Assembly (NCBI GenBank): GCA_026770705.1
Contig: JANJGN010000041.1
Span: forward strand, 1,364,001-1,428,000
Origin: Isurus oxyrinchus
Lineage: Eukaryota
Direction of reading: 5' to 3'
Length of the DNA stretch: 64,000 bases
Shown: positions 35,501-45,944 of the stretch, one piece after another
Position numbering within the stretch: position 1 is the first letter of the stretch
Layout of the letters: the number at the start of each line of letters is the position of its first letter
Made by a program: the position numbers and the translations under genes
The notes under the pieces: model-generated
What the model was told of the DNA's origin: nothing
The model's input: the letters and a program-made list of their open reading frames with translations, nothing else
Database searches by the model: none

Positions 35501-36779
35501 TTCTACTGATTTCCCAAGCCCCCACCTTCGAATAAACCCCATTGTCACTCCTGGACGAAGAGTTGGGGAGTTACACCTGATGCCATTGGACCAATATTTA
35601 TCCTGCGAAATGTATCAAAGAAACATATTTTCCAGCTGTTACGTCACTTGTGTTTGAGGGAGCTTGCTGTGGCCAAATTGAGTTCCATGTGTCCAGAATG
35701 ACAGAATTGATGACAGCTCAACAATAATTCACCATCTTGTTCTGAACTCTGTGAATTTTGCTGTTCAGCTGCTTCTCCAGATTGCCTCTCCTGTGTTTGA
35801 CCTAATCAATCGTGACGTTATAAGAATCGGACTCAGTGTTGGAGGCATCCAGAGACAGCCCCATTCGACCAGTGGGGGTCATGTAGCGCCAGCAGGTACA
35901 GGCCACTTCCGGGAAAGGTGACGTCGCTGGCCTGGGGACAAAGACTGGGAGCTCCAATTCTCCGAGTGTGTGATTGTGTTACAGCGGCAAGATGCCATTG
36001 TGCCCTATGCTTGGCGTGACCTCCCCTCCCTACCACAGTCAATAGGTTGAGGCAGCCGCACTGAAGTGCACCCAAGGGGCGGTGATCAATGCAACTAGAT
36101 GCAGTCACGTGATTCAATGCGCAGTGGGTGTCCACAATGTGTCAGTGGACCCTCCCCATCCCACTGCAAAGCTTCTTTCCAGCCCAGTGCCGTGAACTGG
36201 CCATGCAACACACTGCCCTCTGGACTCCAGATACACTGCCTTCTCCCTTAGCTGTACTTCCCCAACAACCAACTATTCCTGTCACCTCTCTATGCTTGAA
36301 TCACTCCCGCTACCATGATGCCATGGTCATTTATCCCCTGCACTCTACAGCCACCACTTCCATGCTTTACAGTCTACCAGAGCCTTTTGCACAATCACGA
36401 AGCCTGTGGCTCCTCCATTCAGGAGGTGGTCCTGAGTTCCCCATGCCTGCCCCAGTGCGGCCACGCCCTCATGTCCTTGGCCAATGATCAATACAGAAGA
36501 CCCTGTCCTGAAAAGTGTAACCGTCCCCTAATGCAAAGTGTCCAGGTAAATGTCCCACTCCCTGAGGCATCTCTTTGTGTGCACATGGGCCTCCATCTCA
36601 CATTCACTCTCACCAACCGCTTTCTCTTGCAATTTCCTCTTTATTTCTCTCTATCACGCAATCTCTCTCCCCCTAAGAGACGTCTAAGTTTCCCTGCCTC
36701 TTTCTTTATTCCATCCCTTTCTGAATCTCTTGCTCAGTTCCCTTCTCTCTCCTCTCCAAATCTCGACTACTACATCTTG

Positions 36780-36940
36780 ATCTTTTTTGTCCTTCATTCA
36801 CTGGATGTGGGCTTCGCTGGCTGGTTCCAGAGTTTACTGCACATTCCTAATTTCCCCCTTGAGAAGGTTGTGGGTGAGCAGCCTTCTTGAAACACTGCAA
36901 TCGGTGTGGTGTAGGTACACCCACCGTACTGTTAGGGATG
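36780..36940 (-). mobile_element. CR1-clade (family 2) 3' tail
   Basis: 'cattcactggatgtgggcttcgctggctgg...cccttgagaaggttgtgggtgagcagccttcttgaa' is the reverse complement of the tail at 31140-31295. Confidence 0.75.
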
Positions 36941-37399
36941 TAGTAAAAGCTTCACGCTCTGTTCCCCTGTGTGGCTATTGTTGTGACCTTTGCTCCTCAT
37001 TCTCCAGCTCCATGTTCCGCTCATGCTAACTCTTTGTCTCTCTCTCTCTCTCACTTTCTCTCTCACCATGACTTCCCCATCTGCACAGATGGTTACATAC
37101 TTCCAATTTTAGTCCCCTGTTGTTTTTTAAATAATTTGCCCCTGAAGCAGAACTACCCTTTCCACAGTCACTGTGTAGTCTGAATCCAGCTAGGAATGAG
37201 ATGTCCCTGGACATGATACAGCAGATCACTGCCTGCCTGTGGGGGTAATACACAAACCCTCAACTGCTGAGTATCCAAGTATCATCACATTAATGCATCT
37301 AATGCTTTGAAATAATGTGGGAAGACTTTTTATCAGCAGTAAGAAATATCTATATATTCATATTCCAACAAATTCTGCGATCTGCACAGGGGATGTATG

Positions 37400-38380
37400 G
37401 GATTTTGTTCAAAAATTGTCTATGAGCTTCACGGGCAATTCCAACATTTTTGCCCATCATCAATTGCCGCTTGAGAAGCTGGTCAGTGAACCGACTTGTT
37501 TTAACCGCTTCTGCCCCATGTGTTGTAGGTACACACACACAGCTCTGTTAGGGAGGGAGTTCCAGGATTGGACCCAGTGACAATGCAGTAACAGTGATTT
37601 AGTACCAATCAGGATGACGTGTGGCTTAGAGTGGAAATCTCATGATTGTCCTCCCATGTGCCCGCTGCCTGGGGGCCATGGTTTTGGAAAACACTGTTGA
37701 AGGAGCCCCTGTGTGTTGTGGCAGTGCATCTTGGACAGTGTTCACAATGACGCGATTGTGTGCCAGGTGGAGACTATATCCCCATTCTTTGACCCAAATC
37801 CATGATGATTCACGGGATGCGGGGTGAATGTTGCATCCTCGCAGGGCCGCTCGCTCTGACTGTATCCCACTGGGCTGACACCTCTGGTGTGCCGACCCTG
37901 CCACTGGCGATGGTTATTCCCAGGGACAGTGTGGGGGACGTCTGAGCCATTGGCATTTGGGTATCATTCGGTGAGTATGGCTATGTCAGGCCATTTATCG
38001 GCTAGTCTGTGGGACAACTCCCCCAATGTTGGCGTTCCCTTCAACACTCATGTGCTGATCAGATACAATTATCACGCGGCAGCATGTGTCCCCACATCGC
38101 ACACATTTCCACTGAATGTGGGCAGTGAACACATTGGCACAAAGTGGCACAAGGATAAATGGCTGCCCTTCTCAGGAGCCCAGTCTCTAGGAGATTCTGT
38201 TAGGGAGGGAGTTCCAGGATTGGACCCAGTGACAATGCAGTAACAGTGACTTAGTACCAATCAGGATGACGTGTGGCTTGGAGTGGGAATCTCATGATTG
38301 TCCTCCCATGTGCCCGCTGCCTTTATCCTTCCAGGTGCTGGGGGATCATGGGTTTGGAAAACACTGTTGAAGGAGCCCCG
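37400..38380 (-). mobile_element. CR1-clade (family 2) fragments containing a recent ~170-bp direct duplication
   Basis: 37544-37709 and 38196-38379 are near-identical apart from a ~18-bp indel. Confidence 0.8.
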
Positions 38381-38899
38381 GTGGAGCTTCTGAAAGATGC
38401 GCTGTAGAGGAGGAGCAATGCCCTGCAGAGGTGGAGCTGACTGACTCCAGCTCACCTTCCTGCCCCTCTCCTCCTCCAACATCTCACACTGCCCTCCCTG
38501 GCCTGACACTCTCCTCACATTCCCCGTCCATATCAGGTGGACCTCGAGCACAATGACAATCAAGAAGAACACTCATCGTCCTGGTGCATCCAGGAAGCTG
38601 TCAAACATAGTCGAGAAGACCTGCACTGACCCTGTTCAGGTGATGCCTGTTTGATTTACTGGATTGTGAGGCTGTGCCTAAAACGTCGACGCAACCTCAA
38701 CCCGCTGAAACCTGGATTCACCGCTCAACAACCGGCCTGGGCTACGCATGCGGACTGCCAGCTCCTGAAATGTCCTTCCTGTGTTATAGAGGGCTACAGC
38801 CGACAACTCATGGGTTCACCCACACACTGACTGGTGTACACCAGTCCATGTCCTGGGTCCATAAACCTTCATTTGCCCCGTTCCCCTCGAAACATTTGA

Positions 38900-40210
38900 C
38901 GTTCAAACATCTCTCTATCTCCTCATTAATGTTTACGGTTTCCTTACACTAATTGCCATTTCTGGAAGATAGCTGCAACTCCATGCCACCCTTTGTGTGT
39001 CCGTGTGTCCCTTTCCGGTCACACTAAGCAGCGTGAATAACTATTACATATCCACCTCGCTCCAATCTAATCGAATATTTAAGATTCTTGACCAGGGGAA
39101 CAGTGATTCTGTCTTCCCTACAACAATCAAACCTTAGTTTTTACCCTATATTTTCAGTCTTCTCCAAGTGCAGATTGTTCCTGACTGTCCTGCCACGAAT
39201 TCCCCATCACATGCGCCCTATCCTTACAAATCAATTCCTCCGACAATTCTTCCAGCCAGTCAGTATTCACTTTCTGGCTCCTGCTTAATTTTGATGATGG
39301 ACAAATTGCAGCACAAATGTGGCTAAATGCAATCTCAGTTCATACCTCCTCGTTTTACTCTCCTTAAAGATACATGAAAGCAGTTGACTGTTAAAGAGAA
39401 GCCAAGTCAAAGGCGTATTAACAACATTGCAATAATACATACAAATCGAAGAATTTCCTCAATATCATTATGCACAGTGGAACTGCTTCCGTAAGGAACA
39501 ATAATTACACCAATGTATCAATGAGCTGATCCCTAACAAGGTTAGAACATCATTTTCTTTTCGATATGCCTGGCCCTGTTCTTAAACCCCTCTCCTGCAT
39601 TCTTCAGTGAATCAGGCTTGATACCTTGTCTTGAAGGTTGTTGTCATGTCAGGAATATGCCAAACCGTGACTTTCTAGTTTGACTTTGAATTTACTTTTG
39701 CTGCTGATGATGGCCAATAGCGTCTTGTGGATGTTGAGATTGGAGCTGTGTGATCAAGTCTGAATTCATCACATTGAAAGCAGTGATTGCCAGAGAATAC
39801 ACTGGAGAGTTCCAAAATTGCTAAGGCAGGAATCTGTCATCACAAGGCCTGTGCAGTGGCCATTCCTAACAACACTGTCAGGGATAGATGCATCTGCCGA
39901 AGCGAAATTGGTGAGGATGATGTCAAGTAGAATCATCCCATTATTGATTCACCTGACTCAGGCATATTCTGCCTTTCAGGGCTCGGACACCTAGGTCTGT
40001 TACGGTGATCCTGAGCCACTGTTGGTGATGGACATGCAGGTGCCACAGCAGAGAACATTATGTGCCCTTGATACGCTCAAAGCTTCTTCCATGTGGTGTC
40101 ATGAAGGAGGAGTAGAGATTCATCAGATTCAGGAGCATGGTATGTTGGAGTCAGCAGGGTGTTCCCATTACCCGGTTTGTGCACCTGTCTTGAGACATCA
40201 GAGAGACTGA
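38900..40210 (-). mobile_element. Degenerate CR1 tail (38900-39450) and family-2 endonuclease fragments (39560-40210)
   Basis: Recognisable by eye from similarity to other copies in the window; no intact ORF. Confidence 0.5.
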
Positions 40211-40844
40211 AGACAATGTTAAGTAACCCTGTCACAAGCCTACAATTATACATTTCCCTGTGCCAGCACATTGGATAGAACTTTTCATTCAGTGAGCCAT
40301 GACTTACCCAGGGATGTGCGCGATGAACCTATGACTTTTCTATTATGACTTGGCTTTTCAGTTATGATTCTTACAATGTGATTATGTTGGAGCAGCCCCG
40401 TTTCAATGTGGCCCTGCCATTTCCTATCCTCGCCTCCATCCATGCTGATGTGGTGATTCAACGATTCGAGGAATGAGATAGGGACAAGAGGCAGTGATCG
40501 ATGCGGCCAATTTTATTCACATGATTCAGCAAGCAGGGGGGCGGAGACATTGGATCCACACAATGTACCAGAGCTGGAATTATGCAACTTATAGTTGACT
40601 CAATTGAGAGTCACGGATGAATCGCACATTGGCACATGTTATGTTTAGGAAAATATTTTCTTATGCAGCAAGTGAGCCAAAATATGAACTATGCCCAGAC
40701 CCGCCTCTCATTTCTGTTATATTGGACAAATCTGCAGGCGCCTCCCAAATCATCGCAATCTATGCATTGTCCTGGGAAACAGAAAGGAACAATTCAAAGT
40801 TACCAACTTTCATAGCACTGCTGCACCCAGGTGCCATGTAACCA

Positions 40845-41282
40845 AATTATCTGGAGACCAGAACTGAGCACAAGCCTCCATGGCTGTGCTAAAACAATGA
40901 CATGGAGAACAGTATTGTGCACAGTTCTCCAGCTGTGATCTAACCGAGGGATAAAGAGACTTAACTGTGCACAGTTTTCTAAGTGTCGTCCATCCGAGGT
41001 ATATAGAGTTTAGAACTGTGCACAGTTCTCCAGGTGTGGCATAACCGATTGATATGGCGGATAGAAGTGTGCACAGTGATCCAATTGTTGTCTTACAGAG
41101 TGCTATGGAGACCAGAACTGTGCCCATGGGTCTTGTTGAGGTCTAACCAAGGGACCCGGAGGTTTGAACTGTGTACAGTGTTCCAGGTGCAGTCAAACTG
41201 AGGGATTTGGAGATCAGAACTGTGCACACTGCTCCACGTCTGGTCTACCCGGAGGTTACGGAGATGGGTCTGTGCACAAGGG
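40845..41282 (+). repeat. 51-bp CR1-derived minisatellite, second array (~8-9 units)
   Basis: Same unit as 33700-34190; minus-strand translation VRSQLENCAQYCSP and MEACAQFWSP. Confidence 0.9.
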
Positions 41283-41829
41283 AATTGCCGCAGCTTCTAC
41301 ATAAAGGGGGTGGGGCAACAGAGGGTTTTGAAACACAGACCAGGGTTAGAGTTACCCTCCCACCTTGTAGGTCATTACTATCCCAGCAAAGTGAATGAGT
41401 ATTAAAATGTCTCCCCGCATCGGCCAGGGGAACACACAATGCAGCAGGGGCATAGAACCCTGAACAAAGTTTATAGGCAATGCAGGATCGCACCGAGGGT
41501 CAGCACATAGATGGGAGGCAAAAGGCAACTAGGATAGTTGCTTTGGTTATTATCGAGAATTAGGATTTTTTTTCTTTTAAAGGCGATTTATGGAGGGGAA
41601 TTGCTCTGATATGGAGAGATTTCTGTTTAGGAAAACTTTTAAGGGTTGTGGAACAAAGATGGGCGAATGAGGTTAAGAGTCAAATTGATTGGTCGCATAG
41701 GCTGAAGAGGCTGCTTAGCCCCCACTTTATTCCCTGAATATCTCTGCTGTGTCATTCCTGGGAGATTTGTAAGCACGGCGCCTTCCTGCACTCATTCCTC
41801 CACCCTCAGCGATGGGCTGTAACAGTTTT

Positions 41830-42640
41830 GCAGGGACTCCTTGATGCCACATTCAGTCAAATGCAGCCTTGACGTCAAGTGCCGTCGCTCTCACCTCACC
41901 TTGGGAGATCAGTTTTTACGGTGAATAAGGCTGCAATGTTGTCAGGAGCTGAGTGGCCCTGGCAGAAGCCAAACTGCGCATCCATGAGCAGGTTATTGCT
42001 CAATAATAACATTGTCGGCGGCACTTTCTCTCATATTGTTGTTGATTTAGAGGGGATTAAAGGGCCTATATTGGCTGGGCTGCTCCTGTCCCGCTTAATG
42101 TCGGCTGAACATAACTGGGCATGATTACACGTTACTGGGTTGATGCCTGTGTTGCAGCTGTGGTGGAAGAGCTCGGCTTGGGGCACAGCTCTTTCTGCCA
42201 TGATATTGCTGGAAATGAGGTCAGAGCCTTAGGCTTTTCCAGCATCCAATGCATTCAGCACTTCATGACCTCACATGCAGTGAATCGGACTGGCTGAAGA
42301 CAAGCATTTCTGGTGCAGGAGATCTCAGCCTTACCTCTTGCACTAATGTGGTGAACACGCCCATCATTGCTGGTATATATTTGTATAGCCTCCTCTCCCT
42401 TTCAATTACTTAATTTCCCACCAACATTGACAACTGAATGTGACAGGGCAGCAAAAGATAGATCTGATGCGTTGGTTGCAGGTGTACGTAACTTCTTCCT
42501 TTGCTCGCTGCTCTCGCTCTTTGACATGCAATTATTCCTGCGTTATGGCTTCACCAGGTTGACCCCTGATTCTTATGTCCCACTCCTGAGATGCGCTCCT
42601 GAAACCTTCAATGAGCCAGGCTTAATTATTTTCCCCATCC
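41830..42640 (-). mobile_element. CR1-clade (family 2) RT fragment
   Basis: Reverse complement of the 29700-30190 region ('tcaaatgcagccttgacgtcaag', 'aggagctgagtggccctggcagaagccaaactg', 'gagcaggttattgct'). Confidence 0.8.
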
Positions 42641-42689
42641 CTGCTGTTTTCATGATACTGGTGGACAGGGTCTATTTGAAGTCTATGTG

Positions 42690-43167
42690 GTTACTGTTGT
42701 TGCAGTGAAGATTTGCCTGTGGCTGATTAATTTGGGAATTTGTTGAAGTATATTATCGTCATGATGTGGAGCAATATATATGTCTTTAATTTGTTGTTAA
42801 GTTAATAAATGGTTAATTAATTTTTATTTATAAATCGCGAGAATTGGTGGTCTTGTTCCTATTAAATTCAAAGTCTGCATTTCGAAATAACAAACTGCAC
42901 AATTGGTTCATGACAGTTGTTTCAGGTTTCCCGCTGAGATTTGAATAACACAGACTTTACAATTGCCTTTGTCAGACTAGATTAGGTTTTCTTTTTAGTT
43001 AATGAATAAACATCTTTGTAACGTTAAATACCCCAAACATATGACTATACTTGTTGCTGCTGATATCAATAGGTTTTCATCTAATTACCAGAACACAGCA
43101 ATAAGGTAAGCCAAGTTTCCGCCTGGGATTTGGATTGAATAACAATTAACCTGCTCTGGTCACGACA
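42690..43167 (+). mobile_element. LTR remnants (two adjacent 3' LTR ends with AATAAA); the last ends ...gtcacgaCA
   Basis: AATAAA at ~42804 and ~43005; 42730-42970 is similar to 45700-45944. Confidence 0.6.
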
Positions 43168-43171
43168 AATT

Positions 43172-43190
43172 TGGGGGATATCTGTGGCAT
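43172..43190 (+). promoter_or_regulatory. Degenerate primer-binding site, tRNA-Pro type
   Basis: tgggggatatctgtggcat 4 nt after the LTR-terminal CA, resembling TGGGGGCTCGTCCGGGAT. Confidence 0.5.
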
Positions 43191-45119
43191 TATTTACATT
43201 CCTTCTTTGGGATGGATGTTATGAATCCAAGGGATACGAGTCCATGAAGAACACTGAGCTCAGGAGTTTTGTGCCGAGGCACCTTTAAGTTTGGAGAAAA
43301 AAAAAGGCTTTGGCAGTAGCTATGCCTTTTCTGGGAGTGAAAATGTTACTGTGAAGCATTGAAATCACTGACTAAAACTCAGCTGATTGTGTTATCTGAA
43401 AAGTGCAGGTAGAGATAAAAGTGGAATTTCATCGGGATGATATGATTAAAACTCTTAAAGTTGTAGGAAGGGGCAAGTGAGACTAATGTGCCTCAGATAG
43501 AAGTGGAAAGACTTCAATTGCAAATTCGGAAGCTTGATCGAGAAAGAGAAAGCAAAGACAAAGGCATGAATTGTCAGAAAGAGAAAAATGTGAGAGAATA
43601 AAAAATAATTCAAATTACAAAAAAATGTGAAAACAATGAATAAAACTTTAATAAGAAAAGAACAGGTTAAAATAAGTAGACATTAAAAACCTTGTATGGA
43701 GAAAGGGGAGCTGGAAAAAGGAAAATAACGTAAAACAAGAGTTAGAACTGCAAAAGCTTAAATTTCAACTTCAGAGAGAGAAGTTATCAATTGGTAAAAG
43801 GAATAAGAAAGAGATAGAGCGCTTCAGAGAGGCAGATGGCCTACAGTATGAATTGTTGAATGTGTAACTTAGAAAAAAAAGATAGTGATTCCTTTGAAAA
43901 ATTTACTTTAAATAAACATCTTCGGTGAGTGTCTAAATTAAGGGAGGACGGTTTCGAAACATATTTTGCCTAATTTGTAATGGTCGCAATGGAATTGAAT
44001 TGTGTAATAAATGTTTGGACTGTAAAGAAATAATTTGTTTGCTAGGTACAAGCTTATCAGAGGAACAATCTGCATATAACGAGATAGTAAAGAATGCACT
44101 ACTACATGCTTATGAGAGTGTTCTATCTGTAGTTGGGAAGTACAATAAAAAAGATTCCCAATCAGACGTGCTGAGTTTGCAAAAGAAAACAGAAATGACC
44201 TGGGATCAATGGTTCAGGGCATTGAAATTAGACAAGACTTTTGAAAAAGTAAAAGACGTTATGATTATGGAAATATCTAAAAATAGCATTCCTGTAAATA
44301 CTGAGGCGCAAGTAAAAGAAAAACAAAGCCAAAGAGAACAGCCAAGCTGCTGTTTTAGCCTGTGTGACCCATATTACAGATTATCAGTTGAATGCAGGAA
44401 AAATGCAAGATGGAAATCAGCAGGGAAATTGGAGATGAAGCAAAGCAAGTCATGGTGAAAGTGTTGGGAAAAGATTCAAGCTGAAGGGCGTCAGCCTATA
44501 AAATATCGAACGGTGGAAAGTAGCATTGAAGGGAGGAAACTGGTAAGTTAACACTATTGAAGTTGAACATATGAGATCAAAATGTTGGAGGTTCAACGGG
44601 AGACCAATTTCACTGACAGGAACGCAGATCAGTTTTGCAATAAGCCTATGGTGAGCTCCGAGGACGTTTTGCAAGATAGACCAATATATTATTTTTTGAA
44701 CAGTTGGAACAGGCAGAATCAGTGGTAGCTAGAGAAGTGGGAATGCGTTCTCAATGTACCCAAGGGAGTCTTGAAGGGCAGGTTACAGAGAAGTTTAGAG
44801 ATTTTACCTGGAAAGGAAAGGAATATCCATGTTAATTAGGGGGAAGCAGGAAAGCATGCCAAAACGTCAAGGGACAAGAGTGCTAGACATTCCAAAATAT
44901 TCTGGAAGAGTGTCATTTGTTTTACAGGAGGTTAATTGAAGGAGCGTGTTAATTCGTGGGATCATTGGAGGAGTCAAATCTGTTTCATTGTATCAAGTAA
45001 TTTTAAAAACAATGAATTGCTATCAAGAGAAGTGGTTGAGGGGGTCATAGAGGAATGGCTCATGCAGCATTAATTTTAGTCTGCGGAATGATATTTCCGG
45101 CTCACAGGTAATGACAATT

Positions 45120-45944
45120 ACTTGACATTAAGAGATTAATGTCGACAATGTTATAGGAAATTGTTTAAAAACTGGAATTGTTGTAGTGTCTGTGTCTATG
45201 TTTGTGACTGTGTCTCTTAACTGGATGAAGGCCACCTCGGCTGGGTGATATGATGCATTGTAGCTTGGGGTTTTCATTAGATAAATGGGAGCAGTAAAAG
45301 GTAAAATGGAATGCACATTTGTTGAATAAAGCATTCAAAGGAATGGAGAAAACCTTGCACCAAGCTAGGTGACTCAAAACAATATTGCTAATAAAATTGG
45401 TGGAATGAAACGATTACTGTTAGGAGAAGGAAAGTAAAAAAAATAAAAACTTGTAATGCAATTGGAAATTTGCATTCAAAGGGAAAGCTAGATTTAAACA
45501 GAAATGCGTTTGTCTGTACGAGTCACAGACAGCTAAGGTCAAACCAGCCTGTTCGCCTGGAACTGTTTCTGCAAAATAAACAAATTGAAATGAGCCGCAT
45601 TTTGAATTTGTAAGGTCAGATTTGCTTGGCCTGGTGTCGATTCAAAGTCTATCAGTTATTGGTGCCTTGGCCTTGCTGAAGATTTATCTGGGAGCAATTA
45701 CTTTGAGAATTTGTTTAAAATGTATTACGTTAATAATTTTTAGACATGTGTAGATGTTAAAATTTGTTGTTAAAGTAATAAATGTTTACATTAGTTTGAT
45801 ATTAAAAAAACTTCTGATTATTGTTGGTTTTATTTCTGAATTCAGACTTGCATCTAAATCATGCCAGTAAGGCCTATGGCAGTTGTTCAATTTTCCATCT
45901 TGAATTTAAACAACTGAGTATTTATCAACTGCTGCATCGTAATA
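45120..45944 (+). mobile_element. Solo-LTR-like insertion nested in pol between protease and integrase
   Basis: Pol peptide stops after NDISGSQVM (~45115) and resumes PIVVGQP..ENPGLFPNCLVTK at 45945; insert has AATAAA, ends catcgtaata and resembles 42730-42970. Confidence 0.65.

Noticed and set aside
36128-36890. Overlapping 119-aa and 191-aa ORFs
   Set aside because: Low-complexity, C-rich sequence running into a CT tract and a LINE tail; no recognisable domain.
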